Virus record (IMG/VR): IMGVR_UViG_3300037042_006682
Span: 32,001-96,000 of that record
Origin: a virus
Length of the DNA stretch: 64,000 bases
Strand: one strand, 5' to 3'
Position 1 is the stretch's first letter; the number at the start of each line of letters is the position of its first letter. The notes below the pieces were generated by a model. The model saw nothing but the letters and a program-made list of their open reading frames with translations. It searched no databases and was not told where the DNA came from. The position numbers and the translations under genes are program-made. Shown piece after piece: positions 39,591 through 50,196 of this stretch.

Positions 39591-40737
39591 GCCCATCCTC
39601 GCCCACGGGGAGGCCCCACGCGCGCGCCTCCTCCCGCGTCGCCGTGCCGGGGTCCCGGCCCTCCGGCAGCACCACGGGGACCACGCGCGTCCCCGTGCCC
39701 TGGAAGCGCCCCACGACCTCCGCGTTCATGCGCTGCCCCGCGAGGTCCCCGTCCCCGCACGCGTAGAGGGGCTGATCCCCCGCGAGCTGCGCCGCGAGGG
39801 CGAGCTGCGCCTCCGTGATGGCCGCCCCGAGGCACGCCATCGGCGCCCGCACCCCCACCTCGGCCAGCGCGATGGCGTCCGTCGGGCCCTCCACGAGCAC
39901 CACGGACTCCCCCGCCTGATGGAGGTGCGCCCCGTAGAGGAGCTGGCCCTTGGGCATGCCGGCCGTGTGGTAGTACTTCGTGTACCACGCCCCGCACTGC
40001 GGGCACTTGTGCGCCCGCTTGCCCTCGGCGTCCACCAGCGTGCGCCCACAGCGGTAGCACCACTCCCGATCCCAGTAGAGCCGCGCCGTGAACCCCGCCA
40101 GCCGCCCATCGGGCCAACGCACGGGGAACACGAGGCGCCGCCGCCGCTCGTCGTGCCCGAGGCCCCAGCGCCGATAGGTCGCCTCCGAGATCCCGCGCTC
40201 GCTGGCATAGGCCGGCATGGATGCCGCAGCAAAGGCCTCCGCCTCGGCCTCGGGCGGGGGCACATAAGGGCGGGCCTCGCGTGGGGGCGCGGCCTCCCGC
40301 CCATCGAGCCCGAGCTGCCGCCGGGGCATCACCCCCACGTCAATTACGCGCGCCATGCCCTTTAGAGGGCCCCCAGGGTTGTAATCAAGCACGCGCGGGG
40401 GCGGCGCCATCGGCGGGCTCAGATCCTGCGCCTCGTTGAGCGCCGCCAGGTAGTAGCGCCCCCGCCGCACGCCCAGCTCCCAGACCAGCCCCACGAGCGA
40501 TCCGTGCGCCCCGCAGGACAGACAACGATAGGCCGCCCCCTCGCTGTCGACGAAGACCGCGCACGAGGGGTGCTCATCGCGCCCCCCACGATGGTGCCAC
40601 TCCGCCAGGGGGCACGCGAGGTCAATTTTGTCCCCCCGCACCCGCTGCTCCTGAAGCCCCAACGCGTGCAGCACCGCCAGCGCCCGGCGATGACTCCACG
40701 TGCCCCAGTGCCGCCTGGGCAACGCATGATCGTCCAT
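39586..40737 (-). CDS. dnaG: DnaG-type DNA primase
   Basis: CPL..H...D..PS...CLSC zinc finger; RLVFP, GFTAR; TOPRIM VEGPTDA and DGDLAG. Confidence 0.88.
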   Translation of the reverse strand: MDDHALPRRHWGTWSHRRALAVLHALGLQEQRVRGDKIDLACPLAEWHHRGGRDEHPSCAVFVDSEGAAYRCLSCGAHGSLVGLVWELGVRRGRYYLAALNEAQDLSPPMAPPPRVLDYNPGGPLKGMARVIDVGVMPRRQLGLDGREAAPPREARPYVPPPEAEAEAFAAASMPAYASERGISEATYRRWGLGHDERRRRLVFPVRWPDGRLAGFTARLYWDREWCYRCGRTLVDAEGKRAHKCPQCGAWYTKYYHTAGMPKGQLLYGAHLHQAGESVVLVEGPTDAIALAEVGVRAPMACLGAAITEAQLALAAQLAGDQPLYACGDGDLAGQRMNAEVVGRFQGTGTRVVPVVLPEGRDPGTATREEARAWGLPVGEDGR

Positions 40738-40969
40738 GGGGCCCCTAGTTCAGCGGCACACTGGTATCGTTGCACGCGTCGATCACGAAATCCCGGATCT
40801 CCTCCAGCACGGATCCCTCTGCCTCCGTGGTCTCGCCCTTGAGCCGCCGGCGCAAGTGCGCCAGCAACTCATCAATGACGGCACGCAAGGCATCCCCGTG
40901 CAACGCATTGTCCAACGCCTGCCGGTCCTCCGGCAACGCAAACCCAATGGTGACGCGCATCTTGCCTCC

Positions 40970-42274
40970 CTAGAATGGTAAATCGAGGTCGTCCTGCACG
41001 GACGCCGCGGGCAGCGCCGCAACCGGCCCAGGCTTGAAGCCCTCGTCGTTGTAATCAACCTTGCCCGCCCGCGTAATCTCGGTGAAGTTACAGGACGTGA
41101 AATCCCAATTGATCTCCACGGGCCCCTCGCTGTAACCGCGGCGAAACTTCAACGGCACATACCGCATGCGCCGGTCCAACTTCATGTCCGCGTCCTGCTC
41201 CATCGCGAACACCGCGTGGGCGTCCATGCCCACCTGGTCGGAGAAGGCGATCGTCCCGAGGCGCGTGCCGCCGCCCAGCTTCGCGCTGACCTCCTGATTG
41301 CGGTTCTGCTGGCTGAACGCCACAAGCGCGAACTGGTGCCGCTTGGCCATATTGAGCGACCACTCCAGCACACGCTCCGTGCGCTCGAAACGATTGCCCG
41401 GCACCTTGAGGTTGTACAGCGTGTCCAGCAGCACTAACTCGGGGTGAACCGCCCGGATGCGCGTCTCAATGCTCCGCGGCGAGAGATCGTCCTCCTGATC
41501 CATGATCCAGATGCCGTTCACCCCCTCGAGGTCGACGACTACATGCTTGAGGCGCTGCAACTCGAACTCGGTCAGGGTACCCCGTATAAGGCCCGTCTGA
41601 CTCACATGTGCATGCACCGCAAAAAAGCGCTCCGCCACCTCCAGGCGGCTCATCTCCGGCGAGATGATCAGCACCCGGCGCCCCGCCTCTTTCCACGCGT
41701 GCTGCGCAATAAGCACCAAACTAATCGACTTTCCGAGTCCGGGTCGCCCCACGAACATCGTCAACGTCCCCGGCCACATGCCCTGGGTCATGACCGTCAT
41801 GCTCGGCCACGGATAGGGCACCCCCACATACCCCTGGAGCATGCGCTCGTAGGCCGCCACCACCGCGGGCCCCGCCGCAAACAGCGTCTTGGGCGGCGCC
41901 TGCTCCTGCACCGCGCTGCTCTCCACGAGCGCCTGAAGGTTGGTCAGAGCGCCGCTGGGGTCGTTGCCCCGCATGGCCCCCATCGCGTTCTCCAGGCCCT
42001 CGCGCAACTGACGGAAGAGCTTGCGGCTCCGCACCTCTGCCAGCACGTAGCCAGGATCCGTACCGGGATCCTCGGGCGTGACCCCACAGAGGTCGACCAC
42101 AGCCGTAGCCCCCGGCACCCCCCCATAGTCGCGCACGTGATCCGCAATAAACCCGAAGGCCCGCCGCGCCTCGGGCAGATCACAATCCATCGGCCCGATG
42201 CCCGCCCCCACGATCCGGTCATAGTGGTCGCGCGAGACCAAGAGGGCCCACAGCAAGTTGCGATCGAGATCCAT
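40970..42274 (-). CDS. dnaB: DnaB-like replicative helicase
   Basis: GRPGLGKS, SPEM, LLDTLY, FSQQNR, KFRRG. Confidence 0.9.
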   Translation of the reverse strand: MDLDRNLLWALLVSRDHYDRIVGAGIGPMDCDLPEARRAFGFIADHVRDYGGVPGATAVVDLCGVTPEDPGTDPGYVLAEVRSRKLFRQLREGLENAMGAMRGNDPSGALTNLQALVESSAVQEQAPPKTLFAAGPAVVAAYERMLQGYVGVPYPWPSMTVMTQGMWPGTLTMFVGRPGLGKSISLVLIAQHAWKEAGRRVLIISPEMSRLEVAERFFAVHAHVSQTGLIRGTLTEFELQRLKHVVVDLEGVNGIWIMDQEDDLSPRSIETRIRAVHPELVLLDTLYNLKVPGNRFERTERVLEWSLNMAKRHQFALVAFSQQNRNQEVSAKLGGGTRLGTIAFSDQVGMDAHAVFAMEQDADMKLDRRMRYVPLKFRRGYSEGPVEINWDFTSCNFTEITRAGKVDYNDEGFKPGPVAALPAASVQDDLDLPF

Positions 42275-42285
42275 GTGCGCCCCCC

Positions 42286-44301
42286 TTACCTCGGCTTATC
42301 GCCAGTGAAGATCAGCTCTACCACGTCATCGAGCGCGCCCTCGCGGAGGTCGGCCCCTACCATCGCGATCGATACCGAGGTCTCGCTCAACATGTGGATC
42401 GTGCTAGTCTTGAGATACTCCTCCAGCTGGCTTAATTCCCCCCGCCGCCGGGGGATCGCGCTCATATTCGTCGTGATCAGCGTCGTACGGCAGTAGGCGC
42501 CCCGGAAGCGCAGCAGATCGTCTAGCAGGCGCTCCTCGGCCCCCTCCTTGTCGCGCACCCCCTTCCCGAGGTCGTCGAGCACGAGCACGTCCACGTCGAG
42601 GATGCGCTCCCAGAGGAGCTTCTCCCCCTCAAAGCCCTTACTCCCGAACTTGATGTCCTTGAGGGCCGCGGCCTCGATGAACAGCCCCGTGTTCCCGCGC
42701 CGGCGCGCCTCCTTGAGGGCGATCACGGCCGCTGAAGTATTGTGACTAATGACGCCGCTTGACCAAAAAAGATGATCCTTGGGAACTACAAAATCATAAA
42801 CGTCTTGTTTTTTAGATTGCACTACGCTCTTAACCTTAAAATACCTAACAGAAGACATCGAAAGCGACTGTAGCGAAGCAAGATCCTTGTTCCCTGGCAC
42901 TATATCAATCAATGAATCCACAACCCTCTTTAGAACAGATACAGAAATCACTCCTCGCTTAGCTGACGAACTAAAAAGACCGTATAGTTTTTCACCCCAA
43001 AAATACCTTAATCCACGCTTTTCAATCCTTGCAATGGCAAAGCCAGCATCTATTAGTATTCTGTCAATTGTATCCTTTTTTACAGGTACAACAGTCATAC
43101 ACACATTGCTGCTTCTGACTTTATCTGCTGCAACACGCAACAGTTCAACTTTGTCCTTTGTTATATCAGAAAACCCTATGTTCTCCTCAAATGCAACTAA
43201 TGCCTCCCCTGAAATATACAGTCTCCAATACTCACGCTTGATACGCGCCCCATTCGTCGCCATTTTCATACATGGTTTTATTGTTGAATTCACACCAAAC
43301 GCCATTAGTACAATTTGCAGATCCCTAACAAGCCTCTGCGACTTGCTGGTGTACTCGACAACACACCCACAAATCGAGCCATCCCCTGAAAAAAGCGAAC
43401 GCATAAAGCTACGCAAAACACTAGACGGAGAAGACAGTAATGAATCACAGATACAAACACTCTCGCTTGTGCCGCATCCCAATGCAGTCATAAACACATT
43501 CAATTTTTTTCCACCACGTATACTCGTATCAATACATCCGCTCTCTTGAACCACATCATGTCCACGACAAAAACCAAGGCTCTCCATAACGCTAACAACG
43601 TGCTCTGTGGCAAGACTGTTAGAATTTGAAAATACATTCTTACAATTTACCACACGACCCTCAGCTATGAACCATCCGAGCATAGACGCCACGTCACAAT
43701 CAATAACGACATCTCGGTCGCCAATGGTAATGCGCATTGGATCGCCATCGCTGACAACGCAACGAGCATCAACAGCAACAAAATCATCCTCACAAAGATC
43801 TCCCATGCGCACCATGGCATCACCACTATCCCGCCATACACGCACACGGTGTTCCTCTGTCGCCGTGACACACAATCCATTGGACAGTTCCATGCAAAGT
43901 GTAGGCTGTATGCCATCCGCATAAACCTGCGTTGCCACAGCATAATGCCCATCCCCCGCATACACAGGCATTTCCACGGGAGAACACGCCAAAATTGGAC
44001 TCGCCAACGATCCAATCCTATGCAACCGCCCATTGGCTACCACGATCTCTCTATCCGAAAGGCACTTCCCCGTGCCGTTCTTCCCGTGCAGCACGAGGCC
44101 CACGCCGCGCGCCAGCATGTCGTCCAGCGCCACGAGGTAGTTGTACAGCTCCATCTTGTGCAGCCCCGCGCTCACCCCGTCGAAGTGCGCGTCGCGATAG
44201 CGCAAGGGGATCCGCATCCGCTCCATGTCCTTGAGGTTCAGCTGCCGGCGCATCCCACTGCGCGCCTCGGCCACCTGCTCCAGGTCCTGCTCGTCAGTCA
44301 T
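42286..44301 (-). CDS. DnaC/IstB-like AAA+ helicase loader with intein (about 229 aa after splicing)
   Basis: IPLRY, HGKNGTGK|T, VLVLDDLG, LITTN. Confidence 0.88.
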   Translation of the reverse strand: MTDEQDLEQVAEARSGMRRQLNLKDMERMRIPLRYRDAHFDGVSAGLHKMELYNYLVALDDMLARGVGLVLHGKNGTGKCLSDREIVVANGRLHRIGSLASPILACSPVEMPVYAGDGHYAVATQVYADGIQPTLCMELSNGLCVTATEEHRVRVWRDSGDAMVRMGDLCEDDFVAVDARCVVSDGDPMRITIGDRDVVIDCDVASMLGWFIAEGRVVNCKNVFSNSNSLATEHVVSVMESLGFCRGHDVVQESGCIDTSIRGGKKLNVFMTALGCGTSESVCICDSLLSSPSSVLRSFMRSLFSGDGSICGCVVEYTSKSQRLVRDLQIVLMAFGVNSTIKPCMKMATNGARIKREYWRLYISGEALVAFEENIGFSDITKDKVELLRVAADKVRSSNVCMTVVPVKKDTIDRILIDAGFAIARIEKRGLRYFWGEKLYGLFSSSAKRGVISVSVLKRVVDSLIDIVPGNKDLASLQSLSMSSVRYFKVKSVVQSKKQDVYDFVVPKDHLFWSSGVISHNTSAAVIALKEARRRGNTGLFIEAAALKDIKFGSKGFEGEKLLWERILDVDVLVLDDLGKGVRDKEGAEERLLDDLLRFRGAYCRTTLITTNMSAIPRRRGELSQLEEYLKTSTIHMLSETSVSIAMVGADLREGALDDVVELIFTGDKPR
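42739..44064 (-). mobile_element. DnaC intein with LAGLIDADG endonuclease (442 aa)
   Basis: CLSDREIV...ATEEHRV...LGWFIAEG...FSGDG...VYDFVVPKDHLF...ISHN|T; strongly AT-rich. Confidence 0.92.
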
Positions 44302-44887
44302 GGCGTCCACCGCCCTCCGGGCCGTCCCACTCGTCAAAGTTCTTCTTGCGCTCGCGCGCCTCGTCCTTCGCCGCCCCCTTGCGCGGCGCCCGCAGCGCGG
44401 GGACCTCGCCCCGCAACTGCCAGGCGTCGAAGACGCGCCCCCGCGCAGCATACAGCATATCGATCGTGGGGGGATCCCCCTTGGCCGCGCGGGCCATGGT
44501 CGCCTCGACCACAGCGCGCACGAGGTCCCAGCCGTACTCCTGCACGAGCAGCTTGGCCCAGCGCTTCTGCACGACGGTCCAGGCCGGGGGCTGGTAGTCC
44601 TTCCCGTAGCGCTCCTGCATGGCCCCCCGCCATACGCGCGCTACGTCGCCCGCGTTGCGGGCCCGCGCCGCTGCCGCTGTGGCATCCGCCGCCGCGGTCT
44701 CCACCTGCGCCGCCGTCATGGACTCCGCCCCCTCGAGGGCCCGCGGGGCCCGCCCCTCGGGGCGCTGCGCCCGCATCACCGCCTTCAGGGCCCGTGCCGC
44801 GAGCGACCGCGCCTGCGCCTCAGCCGAGATCGCCTGCAGTTCCGCGAGCCCCGGCCGCCGCCGCGTTGTCGTTGGATTCTGTGTCAT
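44294..44887 (-). CDS. Hypothetical protein, possibly replication-initiator related
   Basis: Coupled immediately upstream of the DnaC-like gene; call is positional. Confidence 0.4.
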   Translation of the reverse strand: MTQNPTTTRRRPGLAELQAISAEAQARSLAARALKAVMRAQRPEGRAPRALEGAESMTAAQVETAAADATAAAARARNAGDVARVWRGAMQERYGKDYQPPAWTVVQKRWAKLLVQEYGWDLVRAVVEATMARAAKGDPPTIDMLYAARGRVFDAWQLRGEVPALRAPRKGAAKDEARERKKNFDEWDGPEGGGRHD

Positions 44888-45612
44888 CGTCAGCCCTCAA
44901 CTGTTCGCCGCGGTGATCCACCGCGGCCCTGCTCTCAACTATGACAAACTGCGGGGCCTCGACCGTGAGGACCCGCCCGCTCTCCAGCCGCACCGCGAGC
45001 CGCGCCCACCGCGCGCGCCCCCCGTGCAGCCGCATCCGCCCGTCGATCCGGGCCGTGAACTCCTGCGCCTCCGCCGCGCGCATCGCCTCCACGCAGTCGC
45101 GCCACGTCTCCACGGCCTCGACCACGCCCTCCTCGGGGTGGAGGTCATCCCCGACGATCCGCGCGCGATCCCCGAGGTACGCGGGGCGCGTGGCCCTCAC
45201 AGCGGCACCAGGCGCGCCCACAGGCCGGGGCACACGCGGTCCACGGCCCGCGGCGGCACGCTCTCCGCGCCCAGCCACGCGGGGGCCCGCAGCTCCCGCG
45301 CATCCCACGCCCAGCCATCGATCCGCAGCACGCGCCGGCGCACCACGTTGCGCGAGATCCGGTGCAGGGAAGCCACGCCGTCCGCGCACGCCACGCTGGC
45401 CTTCAGGCGCTCCTGCCAGGGCATCCCAAACCGCCCCGGCGCGATCTCGACGGCGATCCCCGGCGCGACGAGCCCCCGCCGCACCGCGCGGTCCTCGGCG
45501 AGGACCATCGCCCCCGTCGCCAGGCCCATGGCGCGCAGCACGTCGCCGTCAAGCGCCGCAAAGGCCCCGCGCCGCGCCACCGCCGCCTGGGGCCGCCTGG
45601 CCAACGCGTGCA

Positions 45613-45978
45613 TCACGCCCCGCGCCTCGCCACCCCGCCCGCGCTGCGGCGGCTCTTGTTCTCACTCTCCGTGATGTAATCGAGGTCCATGTGGACCCCC
45701 GCCTTGCCCTGGAAGGCCGCCACAAACGACCGCAGCGAGCAGATGAGGTGCGCGTTGCGCCCCACCACCTGCCCCACGTCATCGGGGTGCGTGTGCAGCT
45801 CCGCGATGAGCCGGCTCGCGCCGGGCACCACGTCCACGACCACCCGCTCGGGGTGGTTGACAATGGTCCTCACGACCACCTCGATCAGCCCCCGCAGCTC
45901 CTCGATCACGCCCTGCGGGATGCGTGCCCGCCGGTCCTCGGCCTGCTGTTCCGCCTGCTGTCCTTGCATCTCTGCCAC
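45613..45978 (-). CDS. khpA: KhpA (UPF0109)-like KH-domain RNA-binding protein
   Basis: IVNHPERVVV...HPDDVGQVVGRNAHLICSLRS. Confidence 0.78.
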   Translation of the reverse strand: MAEMQGQQAEQQAEDRRARIPQGVIEELRGLIEVVVRTIVNHPERVVVDVVPGASRLIAELHTHPDDVGQVVGRNAHLICSLRSFVAAFQGKAGVHMDLDYITESENKSRRSAGGVARRGA

Positions 45979-47259
45979 CGTTCCGCCGGGCTAGAAGCCC
46001 AGCTCGCTGTCGGCGCGCTCGCGCGCGGCCACCCGCTCATCCACATCCCGCTTGGTTAGCCCTGCCCGCCGGCGCCCGTTCGTGCATCGCGCGCGCTCCC
46101 GCGCCTCGCGCAACTCCCGCAGCTTGCCCCCGTAGGTCCGCGCCTGGCGCTGGATCCACGAGCCGTCCGCCGCTACGAGTCCCACGCCCGCCCGCAGCCC
46201 CTCGCGAAGGGCCAGCAGCCGTTGACGCACTTGTGGGTTGATCTTGATGCACAGCAGCTCATCCAACAGCATCACCGCATCGTCGTAGCCGTCCACGTTC
46301 AACCTCGCAACACGGGCACATCGGCCGTGCCCCAGCTTACCCGCGCAACCGCCTACCGCGCAAGATCGGGGGTTGCCCCAATCGCAAACGCCCCCAGCGC
46401 CCGTGGGCCCTCCCAGCGCACGGGATGGACCTTATCGAGCACCCGCATGGTCGCCTCCAGGCCCCCCGCCCGGTAGGTCGCGCCCCGCAGCGCGAGCCCC
46501 CCGAGGTCTGCCGTGATCGGCGGCACCCAGGGGCCCACCAGATCGTAGGTGGCCTCCGCGACCACCCAGGCCCCCTCCTCCAGGGGAGCGAACCACCCCG
46601 GCACGTCCGCAGCGCGCTCCCCCCAGCCCCCCACGACCAGCCCAACGGCATGCCGCATGAGGCCGAAGGCCAGCCACTCAAAGCGCTCCAGCGGGGCCAG
46701 CGCCCGCGCCGCCGTCAGCGGCAGGGGGATCTGCCCCAGCAGCGCCCACTCCGGCATCGTCCGCAGCTCCATGGGGCGCCCCCGCGCCACCTCCTGGCCG
46801 TCCGGCCCCAGGTGGACCCAGGTCGAGCCCTCCCACACGATCCGATCCTGCACCTCCAGCGTGAGCCCCGTGGGGCCCCGCATCGCCCGCACCCACAGGC
46901 CGTCCGGGCTGCGCCCCCAGTGCACGCTCGGCGGCGCCATGCTCGGCCCGCTCACGCGCCAATGCGGCCTCATAGCTCGCCTCGGAGATCAATAGGGCCT
47001 CGTGCACATAGGCCACGCACCCGTTTAGCTCGATGGGCACGATGTCCTTGTTGCGGGCATCCCGCTTGGCCGCGTAGCGCATCCGCGCGCGCACCTCGGC
47101 CGTGTGCTCGGCCAGCCGCACCCGCGATCCTGCTGGCAACGTGTAGAACCCCGACGGCCCCACATAGCCCGCGCGCTCCGCCATGTAGCGCGGGACGTGC
47201 CAGGTAGAGGCTCGCCGCGTGCACACCCACGTCCCCGCATCGCGCGGATCTGCCACGGA

Positions 47260-47949
47260 TCATCCCTTTGCCAACTCAGCGCGCATCGCCGCCAACTCGG
47301 CTGCCGCCTCCTCCTCAGCCAGAGCCTCCACCGCCCCCACGGCTTCAGAAGGCACCTCGGGAACCACCTCGGGCGCGGGCAGCCCCAAGGCATCCGCCGC
47401 GCTCGGCGTGAGCCCCCCCTCGGGGCGGGCCGCGGCCTCCGCCGCCAGCTCCTCCGGCGTGAGCCGGTGCACCACGAGGTTCCCCTCGGCATCGCGCTCG
47501 TCGGGCCGCACCCGCACGTTCTGCGGGACGAAGCCCAGTGGGAACTTCACCCCCCGCGGGAAGACCCAGAGGTGGCGCTCCGTGAGGCCCTCCATCACGC
47601 GGTCCGCCGCCGGATACAGCTCGATCGCCTCGGTGTCCTCGCCCAACAGCTCGGCCTTCGCGCGCTGCGCCTCGTCCCACGTGAGGTCCAAGTGGTCCTT
47701 CGTGCCCACCATGGCCAGGTGCGTAAGCATGAGGGGCTCCCCGTTGGGATCCTTGAACATCACCGACGGCAGGGAGTGCGCGAGCACCATGCAGCGATCG
47801 TTGCGCCACACGCGCTCCACGAGCACCCCGAGGTTCTCCCGCGCCACCGCGGGGTCCAGCTCCTCCCACGCGCCCCAGACCTCGCGCGTGAGGGCCTGCC
47901 CGTTCGCCCCCACGAGCGTCAACTTGCGATTAACCGTCCTGCGTCCCAT
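47260..47949 (-). CDS. Conserved phage hypothetical protein
   Basis: TWDEAQRAKAELLGEDTEAIELYPA...HLWV, a motif common in phage proteins. Confidence 0.55.
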   Translation of the reverse strand: MGRRTVNRKLTLVGANGQALTREVWGAWEELDPAVARENLGVLVERVWRNDRCMVLAHSLPSVMFKDPNGEPLMLTHLAMVGTKDHLDLTWDEAQRAKAELLGEDTEAIELYPAADRVMEGLTERHLWVFPRGVKFPLGFVPQNVRVRPDERDAEGNLVVHRLTPEELAAEAAARPEGGLTPSAADALGLPAPEVVPEVPSEAVGAVEALAEEEAAAELAAMRAELAKG

Positions 47950-48407
47950 TGCTCTCAGCTTTCCCGGCCCGCTGGCCGCTGGCCATCACCGCCGCGATCC
48001 ACTGCGGATCGCACAGCTCATCCACCTCGATCGTCTGCATCCGGCCATCATCTAGCGCCAACTCGGCGGCCACCGCCGCCGCCGCCCGATCAGCATCGTA
48101 CTGCCGCGCGATCACGCGCAGCGCCGCCTGGTAGTGCCCCAGCAGCGCCCGTGCGATCTGCTCCACCCCGACCATGCGCTCCCGCGCGTACCGCAGGTTG
48201 TGGATGATCTCGTAGAGCCCCCGGATGTCGGGCTGGTCGAGCCCCAAGAGCCGCGCCTGCGCGAGGCTCAGGCACTCCGCGATCTCGCTCTCGCGCGTCG
48301 CGCGGTACCCTTCTGGCGTCTGCCGCATGGCGTCCGCCTGCGTGTCAGTCATGGAGGACCTCCGTTGCGCATGCGCATGCGCAGCTCAGAGATTAGGGGC
48401 GCCGTCG

Positions 48408-48437
48408 TTATTCCATGGCCGCCGGTGGTTTGTCAAC
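48408..48437 (-). promoter_or_regulatory. GTTGACAAAC promoter-family copy (poor -10)
   Basis: Conserved box, intergenic. Confidence 0.45.
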
Positions 48438-49284
48438 CGGAAAGATCACCCCGCGTCAAGAGCAAACGGAGCCCGGCGATCAACGGTCCATCGCGCCCAC
48501 GCCTGGGTGGTCTCCTCGGCCGCCGGATCGCGATCGTGATGCCAGCAGTGGTAGATCCCGCGGTACCGCTTGCCGCGCCGGGGATCCGCCTGCGGGCGGT
48601 GGCAGCCCGACACCTCGCACGTGGGCCGCGCCAGGTAGTGATCCAGGCAGATCGGCCCCACATCCGTGAGGCGCACCTCGACGTCCGCCTCGCAGTCGTC
48701 GCACTGGCAGAGGATGTCGGTCCCCTCGCTGCGCACCCAGTCGATCAGCCGCCGGTCCACGCCGCGCGGGTAGCGCCCCTCGACATCATCGGCAGGCGCA
48801 ACCGGGCGCAGGGGCACGGGCGGGGCCGTCTCAAGGCCAATAGTCGTCTGCGGCACCGCGCGGAGGAGGTGCCGTAAAACCGCGATCGTCGCTGGGGGGA
48901 GGCTCGGCACTGTAGGGGGAAGGGGCTGCGGAGGGGCGGGCTTCGTTTTCGGCGTATCTGAGCCAGGGCTGGTCGAAGTCGCGATCGTTGTACATCGGCG
49001 TGGACCTCCATGCAGTGGCTTGTGAGCGGCTCCCATTGTGCCTCCCTTGTTAACGACGCGCAACAAACGCGCGATCGCTCGCGGCCATACGACTCAAGGG
49101 CCCCCGCTCACGCAGTGCTACGCAGCACCGCCCTCTTACGCCACCATTCCTACCCATTGCGAAGGGGACCTAACGCTGAACATACCTCCAGCGCTACCAC
49201 CGCCTCCCCTCGCTCGTCAATAGCGACGGTTACAGCCACATCGTTTTTTTATTGTCAAACTGGATCGATGACGGTCACGAGCAC

Positions 49285-50016
49285 TCACGGAGTACGCGGC
49301 ACAGGGGTCGGGATAATCGACGCAAAGCGCCGATTCTTGGTCAGCCCCGAACGCTCGAAGAGCTTCATGCGGTACACGGTCCCACGCTGCTTGAACGCCA
49401 TCCCCTGCCAGGCCTTGAGAGACAACGTCCCCTGCTCCGTAGGGTAAGCACACTTGCCAATCGCATAGCAGGTCAGCGTCGCCTCCAACCCCCCGCACCC
49501 CCGACGACAATCCGTCCACACAGTCAGGCCCTCGCGGATCTGATCTTCCGAAGTCACGCCCGTCCCGCCGTTCACCTGCATGAGCCCGTGATCGCGGCCG
49601 TCCTTAAAGCCCTTGATGCCCCCCTCCTGAAAACCGCTCTCCATGCGGCAGATCACCGTAGCCACCCGGTAGTCCACATCCATCTCCCGCGACACATCAA
49701 CGATGATCCGCGCCAAGACTGATGCCCGCTCAACCACGATCTTATTGGGCAGATAGTCTGGGTTCGTCGCGGCCCAACGGCGAATGTACTCTGCCACCCA
49801 CAACACGTCGCCCTCATAGGTGTTGGTCTCCTCAACCTCATCCATGGCCTCCAGGCGCTGCAGCGCGGCCTCCGTCCGCACCCGCATGCCCACGGGGTTC
49901 CCCTGTTTGTCCACGCTCCCCCCTGCCTGGCCCTTCGTCGGCGTATTCGCCCCCACGCTCCCCGCGGCCACCAACATCAACGCTACCGCACACAACACGC
50001 GCTTCAACTGGTTCAT
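49285..50016 (-). CDS. Exported lytic transglycosylase (SLT/GH23-like)
   Basis: Signal peptide; CRMESGF catalytic Glu; GLMQV; AAGGAGG SD. Confidence 0.75.
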   Translation of the reverse strand: MNQLKRVLCAVALMLVAAGSVGANTPTKGQAGGSVDKQGNPVGMRVRTEAALQRLEAMDEVEETNTYEGDVLWVAEYIRRWAATNPDYLPNKIVVERASVLARIIVDVSREMDVDYRVATVICRMESGFQEGGIKGFKDGRDHGLMQVNGGTGVTSEDQIREGLTVWTDCRRGCGGLEATLTCYAIGKCAYPTEQGTLSLKAWQGMAFKQRGTVYRMKLFERSGLTKNRRFASIIPTPVPRTP

Positions 50017-50196
50017 CTCAACCTCCTTCTCTGTGCCCCGCACCGCCTGCTCTCATGGGGGGGCGTCAGTACAGCCGCGCACGCATATGCGCCTGCCGGG
50101 AGGACGCCCCGCGGCTCCGCCGGGGCTATGTTCGTTGGGGTCTAGGCTATCGGCCCCCGTGGGCCCATGTCAAATTCGTTTCGCTTCGCCACACGA

